A stretch of 52,416 bases of DNA from Eubacteriales bacterium (GTDB taxonomy: Bacteria; Bacillota; Clostridia; Oscillospirales; CAG-272), in NCBI GenBank assembly GCA_045580755.1, contig JAZNOI010000119.1:1-52416 (forward strand), read 5' to 3'. Of this stretch, positions 9,590-19,877 are shown in pieces; positions within the stretch are counted from its first letter, which is position 1; every line of letters starts with the position of its first letter. A program made the translations under genes and the position numbers. The notes under the pieces were generated by a model. The model was not told the DNA's origin. It searched no databases and saw only the letters and a program-made list of their open reading frames with translations.

Positions 9590-10214
9590 TGTGTTCTCCG
9601 TAAATATCATATTTGTCTATAAATTCTCTGACGTTTGGGGGGAGAAGCATAGACGTGCTCATATTGTTTTTGATCCTCTCGCGAATGTCGGTCGATGAAA
9701 TATCGATGGGCGCCATGGGAACGTCAACGATGCGCGCACCGTATTTATTTCTGTATCCGTCCTTGATGGCAAGGATCTCGTCCGACTCGTCGTAAGTGTT
9801 TCGTCTGACGATGTGAGCGATTTTTGCGAGTTCAAAGATCCTCTCGCAGTTTTTCCACTTGTCAAGCGTTACGAATATGTCCGTGCCGAATAGGATCGTG
9901 AGGTCGTCGGATATCCACTTAAAATGTTCGAGCGTCTTATAAGTATAACTGACCTCTTGCTGACGGACTTCAAAGTCGGAAATAATTATTTTGTCGTTGT
10001 AAAAGGGAAGATTGCTGAATGCTATCTGCAGCATTTGCAGTCTGACCCTCGGATCGTCTCCCGGAAGCTGAGCTTTATGCGGGTGGATATAGTTAGGCAT
10101 AATAAACAGTCGGTCGAGGTCACAGGCAGTCAAGAATGCAAATGCAGATTTTATATGCCCCAAATGTACCGGATCGAAAGTTCCGCCGTATATTCCGATT
10201 TTTACGTTACTCAT
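9582..10214 (-). CDS. nadD: nicotinate-nucleotide adenylyltransferase
   Basis: GIYGGTFDPVHLGH, SYTYKTL, ISSTDIRERI. Confidence 0.95.
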   Translation of the reverse strand: MSNVKIGIYGGTFDPVHLGHIKSAFAFLTACDLDRLFIMPNYIHPHKAQLPGDDPRVRLQMLQIAFSNLPFYNDKIIISDFEVRQQEVSYTYKTLEHFKWISDDLTILFGTDIFVTLDKWKNCERIFELAKIAHIVRRNTYDESDEILAIKDGYRNKYGARIVDVPMAPIDISSTDIRERIKNNMSTSMLLPPNVREFIDKYDIYGEHNV

Positions 10215-10216
10215 TT

Positions 10217-10507
10217 TTAAACCAGTTCAATTTTTTTGTGTTTTTTTGATTCGCGGTAAAGTACAAATCTCGTTCCGACGGTTTGTATAACGTCGGCATC
10301 AACTTTTTCTGCGATGATTTCGGCAGCCTCGCGAGACGAATACTCGGAGTTGTCAAGAACGCGCAGCTTAATAAGCTCTCTTGCTTCAAGTGCGTTCGAG
10401 ATCTGTTCGGTCATATTTTCCGTAATGCCGCCTTTACCTATCTGAAAAATGGTGTCGATGTGTACTGCAAGGCTTCTCAAATAAGCTCTTTGTTTTGATG
10501 TCAACAT
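10217..10507 (-). CDS. yhbY: YhbY family RNA-binding protein (CRM domain)
   Basis: MLTSKQRAYLRSLA, FQIGKGGI, LEARELIKL. Confidence 0.95.
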   Translation of the reverse strand: MLTSKQRAYLRSLAVHIDTIFQIGKGGITENMTEQISNALEARELIKLRVLDNSEYSSREAAEIIAEKVDADVIQTVGTRFVLYRESKKHKKIELV

Positions 10508-10525
10508 ATTTTAACCCTTTTTTGT

Positions 10526-11137
10526 TTATTTCAAGTTATACTCTTTTGCTTTTTCTGCAAGTTTTTTTGCAAATTCGCGCATCGCTTTGCCTCTGTGGCT
10601 GATCGAGTTTTTTTCTTCGGGGGAAAGCTGAGCGAACGTCTTGTTAAACGGTGGATAGAAGAAATAGGGATCGTATCCGAATCCGTTTTCTCCTGCGCTT
10701 TCTTCCGAAATATATCCTAAAACTTCGCCTTTTGTAACGATCTCCGCTTTTTGTTCGGGAAAGAGACAAACGACGTTCGTAACGAAGCGCGCTCCGCGTT
10801 GTTCTTTGGGGAGGCCTTCAAGCTTTTTTATCAAGAGCTTGTTGTTTTCGGCGTCTCCGCCGCCCGAAAATCTTGCCGAATGAACGCCGGGAGCGCCGTT
10901 CAGAGCGTCCACGCAAAGACCCGAATCGTCGGCAATGGTTATATAACCGAGAGAGGCGCCCGCCGATGCTTTTATTCTTGCGTTTTCTTCGAAGGTGTCG
11001 CCATTTTCTTCGATATCCTCGGTAACGCCGATGTCGTCAAGTGAAAGCACTTTTATTTCAATATCTTTCACTTCGGACATCATTCTTTCAAGCTCGGCGA
11101 TCTTTTTTTTGTTTCTTGAAGCTAATACGATTTCCAT
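10526..11137 (-). CDS. rdgB: non-canonical purine NTP pyrophosphatase (RdgB/HAM1)
   Basis: LASRNKKK, ENARIKA, ADDSGLCVDALNGAPGVHSAR, GFGYDP, KNSISHRGKA. Confidence 0.95.
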   Translation of the reverse strand: MEIVLASRNKKKIAELERMMSEVKDIEIKVLSLDDIGVTEDIEENGDTFEENARIKASAGASLGYITIADDSGLCVDALNGAPGVHSARFSGGGDAENNKLLIKKLEGLPKEQRGARFVTNVVCLFPEQKAEIVTKGEVLGYISEESAGENGFGYDPYFFYPPFNKTFAQLSPEEKNSISHRGKAMREFAKKLAEKAKEYNLK

Positions 11138-11145
11138 AATACACC

Positions 11146-12051
11146 TTATTCAAACAAAGCTTTTACGAATTCATCGGCGGTGAAGGGCTGGAGATCATCG
11201 ATCTTTTCTCCAACGCCGATATATTTAACGGGAATGTCAAGCTCCTTTTTGATCGAGAAAACTATACCGCCTTTTGCCGTTCCGTCCAGTTTTGTCAAGA
11301 CAAGTCCCGTGATATCAGCCGAGTTTTTAAACTCTTTTGCCTGTCTGACGGCATTTTGACCGGTTGTGGAATCGAGAACAAGAAGCGTTTCTCTTGCGCA
11401 GTCGGGGAGCTCTCTTGAAATAACTCTGTCGATCTTCGAAAGCTCGTTCATAAGATTCTTCTTGTTGTGAAGTCTGCCCGCAGTATCGATTATAAGAACG
11501 TCGGCTTTCCTGCTCTTTGCTGCAGAGACCGCGTCGTAAACGACTGCAGCGGGGTCAGATCCTTCGGTGTTTTTGATTATATCTGCGCCCGCTCTGTCTG
11601 CCCAGATCTGAAGCTGATCGATCGCTGCCGCACGGAATGTGTCTGCGGCGGCAAGAACGACCTTTTTGCCGTTTGATATGAGGTGGTGGGCGATCTTAGC
11701 AATAGATGTCGTTTTACCGACTCCGTTTACGCCGATAACGAGGATAACCGAGGGCTTTGTGGATAAGTCGAGCTGTCCGCCTTCGCCTATCATTCCTTTG
11801 AGTATCTCAATAAGAGCATTTCTCGTTTCTTCCGGGGATGACAAACGTTCATCCTTGATCTTTTCGCGGAGTTTTTCTATGATCTCCTCCGTGGATTCAA
11901 ATCCGAGGTCGGCAGCTATCAATAATTCTTCGAGTTCTTCGAGAAGATCTTCGTCGACCCTTACGAATGCTTTGAATAAGTTATCAACGTGTCCGAAAAT
12001 AGATGCTTTGGTCTTTGCAAGACCGTTTTTGAGTTTTTCAAAAAACGACAT
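11146..12051 (-). CDS. ftsY: signal recognition particle receptor FtsY
   Basis: GVNGVGKTT, DTFRAAA, DTAGR, TKLDGTAKGG. Confidence 0.97.
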   Translation of the reverse strand: MSFFEKLKNGLAKTKASIFGHVDNLFKAFVRVDEDLLEELEELLIAADLGFESTEEIIEKLREKIKDERLSSPEETRNALIEILKGMIGEGGQLDLSTKPSVILVIGVNGVGKTTSIAKIAHHLISNGKKVVLAAADTFRAAAIDQLQIWADRAGADIIKNTEGSDPAAVVYDAVSAAKSRKADVLIIDTAGRLHNKKNLMNELSKIDRVISRELPDCARETLLVLDSTTGQNAVRQAKEFKNSADITGLVLTKLDGTAKGGIVFSIKKELDIPVKYIGVGEKIDDLQPFTADEFVKALFE

Positions 12052-12090
12052 ATTGCTGTCCTTTCAATCTGTAACAATAAACTGTATGTA

Positions 12091-15000
12091 CTATTCAAGC
12101 TTGACGCCGAGTTTATCTTCGATCTCACGAACGTTGACCGTGAGCACTTTTGAGATACCTTTTTCGTACATGGTAACGCCGTAAAGTGTATCAGCCGATT
12201 CCATTGTACCTCTTCTGTGGGTGATCATAATAAACTGCGTTGCATCCGAATATTTTCTTGCGTATTCCGCAAATCTGACGACGTTTACCTCGTCGAGAGC
12301 CGACTCGATCTCGTCAAATATGCAGAAGGGAGAGGGGTTTACTTTGAGTATCGCAAAGAACAGAGCGATCGCAACGAACGCCTGTTCGCCGCCCGAAAGT
12401 GAAACGAGGTTTTTGATTATCTTTCCGGGAGGAGCAACGTTGATATCGATACCGCTCGTCAGAACGTCGTCGGGGTTGGTCAAAACAAGTTCTGCCGTAC
12501 CGCCGCCGAACAGTTCTCTGAACACGGTCTTAAAGTGCATGTTGATATCCTTCATTGCCTGAGCGAAACGTTCGCGCATTTCAACTTCAAGCTTAACAAT
12601 AATATCTGTGAGCTGCTTTTCGGCAGCCTCAAGGTCGGAGATCTGACTGTGCATAAAGTCGTATCTTTCCTTAACCTCTTTGTATTCATCAATAGCGCTT
12701 ACGTTGACGTGTCCGAGCCCTTTGAGCTTGCTCTTGTATTCGCTGAGCTGTCTGAAAGTCTCGTTGCGGTTTTCGGGGGTGATTTCGGGAAGCTCAAGTT
12801 CGGAAGCTGTGGTATAGGTCAGCTCGTACTCGTCCCAAATTCGTTCCGATGACTTGTCGAGATCGTTCTTCAACTGCTGGCAAAGACCTTCGAGCTTTGT
12901 GTAATTGCGGAATATAAGTTCTTTGTCGTTGGTTTTTTCTTTGATCTTCAGACGAAGCTCGTTTATCTTCTTTTCGTATTCTTCGTTCTTTTCGGAATAG
13001 TCTCCCTTTTCTTTTTCAAGGGAGGTGATAGTCAGAAGAGTTTCCTCGAGCTCGGCAGTGATAACAGCCTGTTTTTGTTTTGCGTTTTCTTCTTTTAGAC
13101 TGAAACTTTCAAGCTCGCTTGTTCCGAGAGCAATGCGTTCGATCAAAGAAGAGAGGAGATTTTCAGATGCTTCAACTGTCTTTTTAAGGTTTTCGGCATC
13201 CTTTCTGTCCTCGGTAAGACGAATAACGGAGTTGCTGTTTCTCTCTCTCAAAACGTCTATTTCCGTATTCTTGTTTTGAATATCGCTCTTTTGTTTATCG
13301 TATTCAAGCTTGCCTGCATTAATAAGCAGATTTATATCTTCAATTTCTTTTTCGATGCTCAGTTTTTTCTCGCGATAAAAGTCGTCTGCCTTTTCGAGCT
13401 TTTCCAGCTCGTTTCTGAGGTCGCCTAACGTCTTTTCATCTGCATCGATCTGAGATTTCAAGACCTCGTACTGAGTATTTTCGGCGTTAAAGAGGGAGGT
13501 GAGCAGAGAAGCGTTACCGAGATGCTTATCTCTTTCTTTTGCCGCTATTTCTTTTTCACCGTTGATCTCTTCAACGGTTTTGGAGAGCTTTTCGGCGTCG
13601 GCAGAAAGCTTCTCGCAGTCTTTTTTGAGTTTTTCGATCTCGGCAGTTCTTGTCAGCATACCGCTGTCTTTCTTTGCCGAACCGCCGGTATAAGAACCGC
13701 CGGCGTTTATTACCTGGCCGTCAAGCGTAACTATTTTTACTTTGTAGTTAAGTGTCTTTGCAGCCGAGCTTGCATTATCAATGTTGTCAAAAACAACAGT
13801 GCGTCCGAGCAGAAACTCGCTGACAGGTCTGAATTTTCCGTCGCATTCGGTGAGGTTGCTCGCAATTCCGATGTATCCTGCGAGGGAAGACAGAGTATCA
13901 ATGTTGATATTGAGTTTTTGAATCTGTATTGACGTCAGCGGATAGAAAGTAGCTCTTCCCGCATTATTTTCTTTAAGATGGGCGATCGCCTTTTTTGCCG
14001 CCGGCTCGTCAGCAACGACTATGTTCTGAAGGTTGCCGCCAAGCGCGGTCTCAATGGCAACTGTGTATTTTCTGTTTACCGTAATAAGCTTTGAGACGGG
14101 ACCGAAAATACCCGAAAGCTTATTCTTTGCGCTTTCGTTCATGACGAAGCGTACGCTGTTTGCATAACCCTCAAAGTGTTCTTCCATTCTTGCGAGAGCA
14201 TCGGCTCTTTGCTTTTTGGAAGCCATTTCGATATATAAAGAATTAAGGCTGTCGTTCAGCTCTTTTATTTTTTCGTCAAGCGAAGCGATCTTGTTTTCGG
14301 CATCGGATGCCAGCTTGTTTGACTCGTCCGTCTTTTTCTTGTAGCCATCAATGGTCGTTTCCGCTTTTGCAAGACGGGTTTTTAAAATATTTGCGGTTTC
14401 TTCAAGCGCTTCGATCTCGTTTTTAAGCGTTTCACAGCGTTCGTCCTCGCTTTTTCTTGAACCCGAAAGGGAAGAGAGTTCAATTTGTTTTGCAAATACT
14501 TCATCTTCTTTTGTTTTTATTATGGCTTCGGTCTGTTCAAGTTTTCTTTCAAGCTCAACGAGCTCCAAAAGAGCATTTTCAAGCAGTGAGTCTGCCGTTG
14601 TTCTTTCTTCTTCCGAAAGGGCAAGTTTTGACTGAAGCTCCTCAAGCTCCGTTCTTGCCTGAAGCAAGGATTCTTCTGTCTTTTGTCTTTCTTCGTTTCG
14701 GAGTGAAAGTTCGTTTTCCGATTGGATCTTGAGCTGTTTCAAATGCTCTACGTCGTTTTCAAGCACTTTCAGTGCACTTTCGTGTCCGAACTTCTTTTCA
14801 TTTGCGTTCTGAAGCTCTGTGATATTCTTTTCGGATCTTATCTTGTTTTCCTGCGAAGTGATAAAGAGACGTTCGCTCTGGTTTTCGAGAGATTGGATCG
14901 TATCGTCTACGATCTCAAGCTCTTTTCCCGAAAGGATAAAATCATCCTCGGACTTTTTTAGCCTGTCGCGAAGTTCTTTCGTATCGTAAAGCCAAAGAGA

Positions 15001-15687
15001 TATGTCGGCACTCTTTTTCTTGTCGTAAACGTCAAGATACTTTCGAGCCTTTTCAGCCTCTTTTTCCAAAGGACCGATCCTGCCTTCAAGCTCGTATTTT
15101 ATGTCATTCAAGCGAACGAGGTTTTCGTTTGTTGAATTTAGCTTTCTTTCAGCTTCGTTTTTCTTGTAGCGGTATTTTGAAATACCTGCCGCTTCTTCGA
15201 ATATGTTTCTTCTTTCTTCGCTTTTTTGTGAAATGATCTCGGCAGCCTTGCCCTGGCTGACGATCGAATAGCCCGTTTTTCCCACACCGGTATTCATAAA
15301 CATTTCGTGAATGTCTTTGAGTCTTGCGGGACGGCGGTTTATCATATATTCGCTTTCGCCCGAGCGGTAGTAGCGTCTTGTTACTTCCACCTCGTCATAG
15401 TCGATGTCGATTCTGTTTCCGTCGCCTGTGTTATCTATAAGCAGAGAAACCTCGGCATAGCCCATAGGGCTTCTAGATGCCGAGCCGCCGAAAATAACGT
15501 CTTCCATTTTTGTACCGCGGATATTTTTGCTCGAGAGTTCTCCGAGAACCCAGCGCATAGCGTCGGAAATGTTTGATTTACCGCTTCCGTTAGGGCCGAC
15601 TATGACAGTCATGCCTTTGTCAAAATTAATGGTCGTTTTGTCCGGAAAGGATTTAAAACCGTGGATTTCAAGTGACTTTAATCGCAT
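12091..15687 (-). CDS. smc: chromosome segregation protein SMC
   Basis: GPNGSGKSN Walker A, long coiled coils, hinge GRATF/GGSYTGG, LSGGE signature, DEIESALD. Confidence 0.97.
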   Translation of the reverse strand: MRLKSLEIHGFKSFPDKTTINFDKGMTVIVGPNGSGKSNISDAMRWVLGELSSKNIRGTKMEDVIFGGSASRSPMGYAEVSLLIDNTGDGNRIDIDYDEVEVTRRYYRSGESEYMINRRPARLKDIHEMFMNTGVGKTGYSIVSQGKAAEIISQKSEERRNIFEEAAGISKYRYKKNEAERKLNSTNENLVRLNDIKYELEGRIGPLEKEAEKARKYLDVYDKKKSADISLWLYDTKELRDRLKKSEDDFILSGKELEIVDDTIQSLENQSERLFITSQENKIRSEKNITELQNANEKKFGHESALKVLENDVEHLKQLKIQSENELSLRNEERQKTEESLLQARTELEELQSKLALSEEERTTADSLLENALLELVELERKLEQTEAIIKTKEDEVFAKQIELSSLSGSRKSEDERCETLKNEIEALEETANILKTRLAKAETTIDGYKKKTDESNKLASDAENKIASLDEKIKELNDSLNSLYIEMASKKQRADALARMEEHFEGYANSVRFVMNESAKNKLSGIFGPVSKLITVNRKYTVAIETALGGNLQNIVVADEPAAKKAIAHLKENNAGRATFYPLTSIQIQKLNINIDTLSSLAGYIGIASNLTECDGKFRPVSEFLLGRTVVFDNIDNASSAAKTLNYKVKIVTLDGQVINAGGSYTGGSAKKDSGMLTRTAEIEKLKKDCEKLSADAEKLSKTVEEINGEKEIAAKERDKHLGNASLLTSLFNAENTQYEVLKSQIDADEKTLGDLRNELEKLEKADDFYREKKLSIEKEIEDINLLINAGKLEYDKQKSDIQNKNTEIDVLRERNSNSVIRLTEDRKDAENLKKTVEASENLLSSLIERIALGTSELESFSLKEENAKQKQAVITAELEETLLTITSLEKEKGDYSEKNEEYEKKINELRLKIKEKTNDKELIFRNYTKLEGLCQQLKNDLDKSSERIWDEYELTYTTASELELPEITPENRNETFRQLSEYKSKLKGLGHVNVSAIDEYKEVKERYDFMHSQISDLEAAEKQLTDIIVKLEVEMRERFAQAMKDINMHFKTVFRELFGGGTAELVLTNPDDVLTSGIDINVAPPGKIIKNLVSLSGGEQAFVAIALFFAILKVNPSPFCIFDEIESALDEVNVVRFAEYARKYSDATQFIMITHRRGTMESADTLYGVTMYEKGISKVLTVNVREIEDKLGVKLE

Positions 15688-15729
15688 TTTGTCAATAGCC
15701 CCCTTTCTGCTTTTTTTAAAAACAAATAG

Positions 15730-16746
15730 TTATAGTATGTCTAATATAATATTATATCCTAAGATGTCATTTTTTTCAATAATTTTCATGGATTTTATAT
15801 TATAATTTTTCATTAATTTTTCTTTGTTCGACTTCTTTTGTCCGACCACCTTGGAGACGGCACCTTTTGCACAGTATATTACGATGTTTTTGTCTGAGAA
15901 ATCGATTTTTGAGCTGTCTATAAGCTCGGTTATTTTTTTGTAAAAAACGTAGTTTTCCGCAAGTTCTCCGATGGCGGGATGATAATCTCCTCCGTAAACG
16001 ATGTCGGGGTCATACAGCTCATCTCCCGATTGGAGTCCTATACGGATGACCTTCTTGTTTTCTTTCTCAAAAACCAGTAACACTTCACCCGTTCTCATAA
16101 TGGCATCGTCGAGTTTCAGTGGTAAATACTGTCCGCTTTTTGCCATTGAACAAAGCTCGGTCTCCCTCAAAACAACTGTGGGATATACCCTTGCTCCGTC
16201 GCAGAGGGAGGCAATTATATTTGCGGTCTCGATCTCTTTGTTTAAATCCGAACCCGGGAGGCCTATCATCATCTGACCGATAAGAGTAAAACCGTACTCT
16301 CTGATCATTATACAAGCTTTAATTGCACATTCCTTATCGTGCCCTCTTTTGCAGAGCGAAAGAACGTTGTTGTCCATCGATTGAAGTCCGAGTTCTATGG
16401 TCTTAACACCGTATTTTTTCAATATTGACAGTATTTCTTCGTCGATATAGTCGGGGCGGGTCGAAAGGCGTATTGACGATACTTTTCCGATTTTAATGTA
16501 TGAATAAGCGGTTTCGAGCAGGTATATCATATCTTCTCTGTCGATACCCGTAAAGCTGCCCCCGAAGAATGCGATCTCTGTTTCGCAAACGTCGGTGTCA
16601 ATTGTCGAAAGTGCGTTTTCTATTATACTTTTTACGTCATTCTTATTAAAAGAAGACGTGCCCGAGATGCGTTTCTGGTTACAGAATACACAGTCGTTCG
16701 GGCATCCTAAATGCGGTATAAATACCGGTATATTTACGTGTTTCAA
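15730..16746 (-). CDS. radical SAM protein (Elp3-like, no acetyltransferase domain)
   Basis: PVFIPHLGCPNDCVFCNQ CxxxCxxC, AFFGGSFT, LSTRPD, IELGLQS, YHPAIGEL. Confidence 0.88.
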   Translation of the reverse strand: MKHVNIPVFIPHLGCPNDCVFCNQKRISGTSSFNKNDVKSIIENALSTIDTDVCETEIAFFGGSFTGIDREDMIYLLETAYSYIKIGKVSSIRLSTRPDYIDEEILSILKKYGVKTIELGLQSMDNNVLSLCKRGHDKECAIKACIMIREYGFTLIGQMMIGLPGSDLNKEIETANIIASLCDGARVYPTVVLRETELCSMAKSGQYLPLKLDDAIMRTGEVLLVFEKENKKVIRIGLQSGDELYDPDIVYGGDYHPAIGELAENYVFYKKITELIDSSKIDFSDKNIVIYCAKGAVSKVVGQKKSNKEKLMKNYNIKSMKIIEKNDILGYNIILDIL

Positions 16747-16779
16747 TTTGATTCTCCGTAATTATTTGTAAGGCTTAAT

Positions 16780-17505
16780 TTAAGCTTGTCCAAACAGAGC
16801 AAGAGCCTCTTTTGCGGCGTTCTGTTCCGATTCACGTTTGCTTTTTCCGATTCCTTTTCCGATAACGTTGTTGTTGAGATAGGCTTCGGTCTCAAATACT
16901 CTGTCGTGGGCGGGACCGCTTTCGTTTACGAGTTTGTATTCGAGAACGTCGCCTTGCTCCTGCTGAATAAACTGCTGGAGCATAGATTTATAATCTTTTG
17001 TATTTCCTCGAATGAGTATTTGTTTTATCTCGTCGGTCGCGAAGGGAAGTAAAAACGTTTTAACGCAGGAAATTCCCCCGTCAATATACATAGCTCCCAA
17101 AACGGCTTCGAATGCATCTGCAAGTATAGAAGGTCTTTCACGTCCGTTTGTAAGCTCTTCTCCGTGTCCCATAAAGAGATACTTTCCGAGCTCGATCTCC
17201 TTTGCAAATTTAGCCAATGCTTTTTCGCATACGGTTCCGGCACGCACTTTAGAAAGCTCACCTTCGGGCAGATCGGGATAGTTTGTGTAGAGGTATTCGC
17301 TCACAGTTAAAGAAAGTATGGAATCGCCGAAAAATTCGAGTCTCTCGTTACATTCGGCTTTAACGTTTTTTGATTTTAATTCATTTGAAAAAGAGGAGTG
17401 TGTAAGGGCTTTTACGAGCAATTGCTTGTCTTTAAACGTGTATTTCAACGAGTTTTCGAGCCCTTGTATTGCACCGATTATTTCGTTTATATCATTGATA
17501 TTCAT
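16780..17505 (-). CDS. rnc: ribonuclease III
   Basis: ALTHSS, NERLEFFGDSIL signature, ADAFEA, C-terminal dsRBD. Confidence 0.97.
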   Translation of the reverse strand: MNINDINEIIGAIQGLENSLKYTFKDKQLLVKALTHSSFSNELKSKNVKAECNERLEFFGDSILSLTVSEYLYTNYPDLPEGELSKVRAGTVCEKALAKFAKEIELGKYLFMGHGEELTNGRERPSILADAFEAVLGAMYIDGGISCVKTFLLPFATDEIKQILIRGNTKDYKSMLQQFIQQEQGDVLEYKLVNESGPAHDRVFETEAYLNNNVIGKGIGKSKRESEQNAAKEALALFGQA

Positions 17506-18521
17506 TCTGTTTCACTCGTCTTTGCAGGTTCTTTTTTTGTTAATTGGGATGTCTGTCTTGCAATCTCCACGATAATACCCGTATTTACGTAATAAACTGC
17601 TTGTTTTATTGCGTTTTTAACGGCTTTTGCATCCGATGAACCGTGTGCCTTTATAACAGGCTTCGAGATGCCGAGAAGGGGAGCACCGCCGTATTCCGAG
17701 GCATCAAATTTCTTCTTAAAAGCTTTAAGTGTCTTTTTGAGAACGAATGCCGATGCCATAGCGATCGCGTTTTGTGTGAATAGCTCTTTAAGCTGTGCGA
17801 TCATAAACGAGCCGAACCCCTCGGTCATTTTCAAAACGACGTTGCCGGTAAAGCCATCCGTTACTATAACGTCGGATTTTGCGAAGGGAATGTCTCTGCC
17901 TTCGATATTGCCTATAAAGTTCAGATCGGATTCGGAAAGTCTCTGGTAAGCCTCTCTGTGAAGATCGGTACCTTTTGTCGGTTCGCTTCCGTTGTTAAGC
18001 AATCCTACGGTGGGGTTTTCGATTCCGTGGAGTTTTTCCATATAGATCGAGCCCATTTTTGCAAATTGCTCGAGATTTTCGGGAGTAACGTTGATGTTTG
18101 CGCCCGAGTCGACGAGCAGGGTAGGTCTTGCAAGCGGCAAAATCGTACCGATCGCTGCTCTGAGTCCGCGAATTCTTCTGACGATAAACGTAGCTCCCGC
18201 AAGCAGAGCACCGGTATTACCCGCGCTGACAAAAGCATCGCCCTTGCCCTCGGCAAGCAGTTTCAGTCCGACGTTCATCGAGGAAGTATTCTTTTCTCGA
18301 ACGACGCTCATTGCCGAATCTTCCATGGTAACAAATTCGGGGGCATCAACTATTTCAATTTTATCCATAGGCCAGCCTTTATCTGCAAAGGCGGTCAAGA
18401 TCTTGGTTTCATCACCGACAAGGGTTATATCGCAGTCATACTCTTTTATTGCCATTACGGCGCCTTCGACAAATTGTTCCGGTGGCTTGTCTGCACCCAT
18501 AACGTCAAGTATAATTCTCAT
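17502..18521 (-). CDS. plsX: phosphate acyltransferase PlsX
   Basis: ILDVMGAD, SAGNTGA, DSGAN, VTDGFTGNVVLK, KAHGSS. Confidence 0.95.
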   Translation of the reverse strand: MRIILDVMGADKPPEQFVEGAVMAIKEYDCDITLVGDETKILTAFADKGWPMDKIEIVDAPEFVTMEDSAMSVVREKNTSSMNVGLKLLAEGKGDAFVSAGNTGALLAGATFIVRRIRGLRAAIGTILPLARPTLLVDSGANINVTPENLEQFAKMGSIYMEKLHGIENPTVGLLNNGSEPTKGTDLHREAYQRLSESDLNFIGNIEGRDIPFAKSDVIVTDGFTGNVVLKMTEGFGSFMIAQLKELFTQNAIAMASAFVLKKTLKAFKKKFDASEYGGAPLLGISKPVIKAHGSSDAKAVKNAIKQAVYYVNTGIIVEIARQTSQLTKKEPAKTSETE

Positions 18522-18548
18522 AATTAATCTCCTGTATCGCGTGTGGGA

Positions 18549-19877
18549 TCAAATGTTTTTGATAGTGTTAACGTATTCGAGGGATCTGTTTGCCAAAGCT
18601 TCGTTTCTGAATCTCTTTCCGCCCTTGACCTTTTGTTCAAGGTTTGCAATCAGTCCGAAGTTAGCGTTCATAGGCTGGAAATTCACGACGTTTTTGTCGC
18701 TTATATAGTGCGCCAATGCGCCGATAGCCGTTATGTTCGGAAAGTCAATAAGATCAAGTCCAAGGGCTAGTCTTGCTGCATTAAGACCTGCAACGAATCC
18801 GCTTGAAGCAGATTCAACGTAGCCTTCAACACCCGTCATCTGTCCTGCAAAAAATATGTTCGGATATTCTCGCATCGAATAGAATTCGGATAGGCAGGCA
18901 GGGGAGTTTATGAACGTATTTCTGTGCATTACTCCGTAGCGCAAGAACTGAGCGTTTTCAAGTCCGGGGATCATCGAAAAAACTCTTTTTTGTTCGCCGA
19001 ACGTCAAGTGCGTTTGAAATCCGACGAGGTTATACATAGTTTTTTCGGAGTTTTCCTGTCTGAGCTGTATTACGGCATAGGGTTCTTTTCCCGTTTTAGG
19101 ATCGGGCAGACCGACGGGTTTCAGCGGGCCGTAACGAAGGGTGTCATACCCTCTCTTCGCCATAACTTCAACGGGCATACAGCCTTCAAAAACGTTGTTC
19201 TTCTTTTGAGAATCCGTGTCGAAATCTTTCAATTTTGCTTCTTCGGCATTGATCAACGCGTTGTAAAAAGCATCGTATTCGTCTTTGTTCATAGGGCAGT
19301 TGAGATATGAAGCCTCGCCTTTTCCGTATCTGGAGGCAGCGTAGATCACGTTCATATCAAGAGTCGATGAATTGACAATAGGAGCCGATGCGTCAAAAAA
19401 CGAAAGGTGTGATTTGCCGAGGAAATCTTCGAGATATTGAGAAAAACCGTCCGAGGTAAGAGGCCCCGTTGCAACAACGGTTATCTCGTCTTCGGGAATA
19501 GTCAATACCTCTTGTTCGATAATGTTTATAAGCGGGTTTGATCTGATCTCGTTCGTTACGTATTCGGAGAACTTATGTCTGTCGACGGCGAGAGCGGAGC
19601 CTGCCTCGACCTGTGTTGCATAAGCGGCTTTCATGATCAATGAATCCATAGCGTCAAGCTCAGCTTTGAGCAGACCTACGGCATTTGTCAAGCAGTTGCT
19701 TCTTAATGAATTTGAGCAAACGAGTTCAGCAAACGTATCTTTTGAATGGGCGGGCGTTTTCTTTGTCGGTTTCATCTCGTAGAGATCGACCGACACCCCG
19801 CGTTTAGCGGCTTGGTAAGCCGCTTCGCAGCCGGCAAGGCCCGCTCCGAAAACATTAATTTTGTTATTCTTCATCAT
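18549..19877 (-). CDS. trmFO: folate-dependent tRNA (uracil-54) methyltransferase TrmFO
   Basis: [44 protein letters not shown]. Confidence 0.96.
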   Translation of the reverse strand: MMKNNKINVFGAGLAGCEAAYQAAKRGVSVDLYEMKPTKKTPAHSKDTFAELVCSNSLRSNCLTNAVGLLKAELDAMDSLIMKAAYATQVEAGSALAVDRHKFSEYVTNEIRSNPLINIIEQEVLTIPEDEITVVATGPLTSDGFSQYLEDFLGKSHLSFFDASAPIVNSSTLDMNVIYAASRYGKGEASYLNCPMNKDEYDAFYNALINAEEAKLKDFDTDSQKKNNVFEGCMPVEVMAKRGYDTLRYGPLKPVGLPDPKTGKEPYAVIQLRQENSEKTMYNLVGFQTHLTFGEQKRVFSMIPGLENAQFLRYGVMHRNTFINSPACLSEFYSMREYPNIFFAGQMTGVEGYVESASSGFVAGLNAARLALGLDLIDFPNITAIGALAHYISDKNVVNFQPMNANFGLIANLEQKVKGGKRFRNEALANRSLEYVNTIKNI

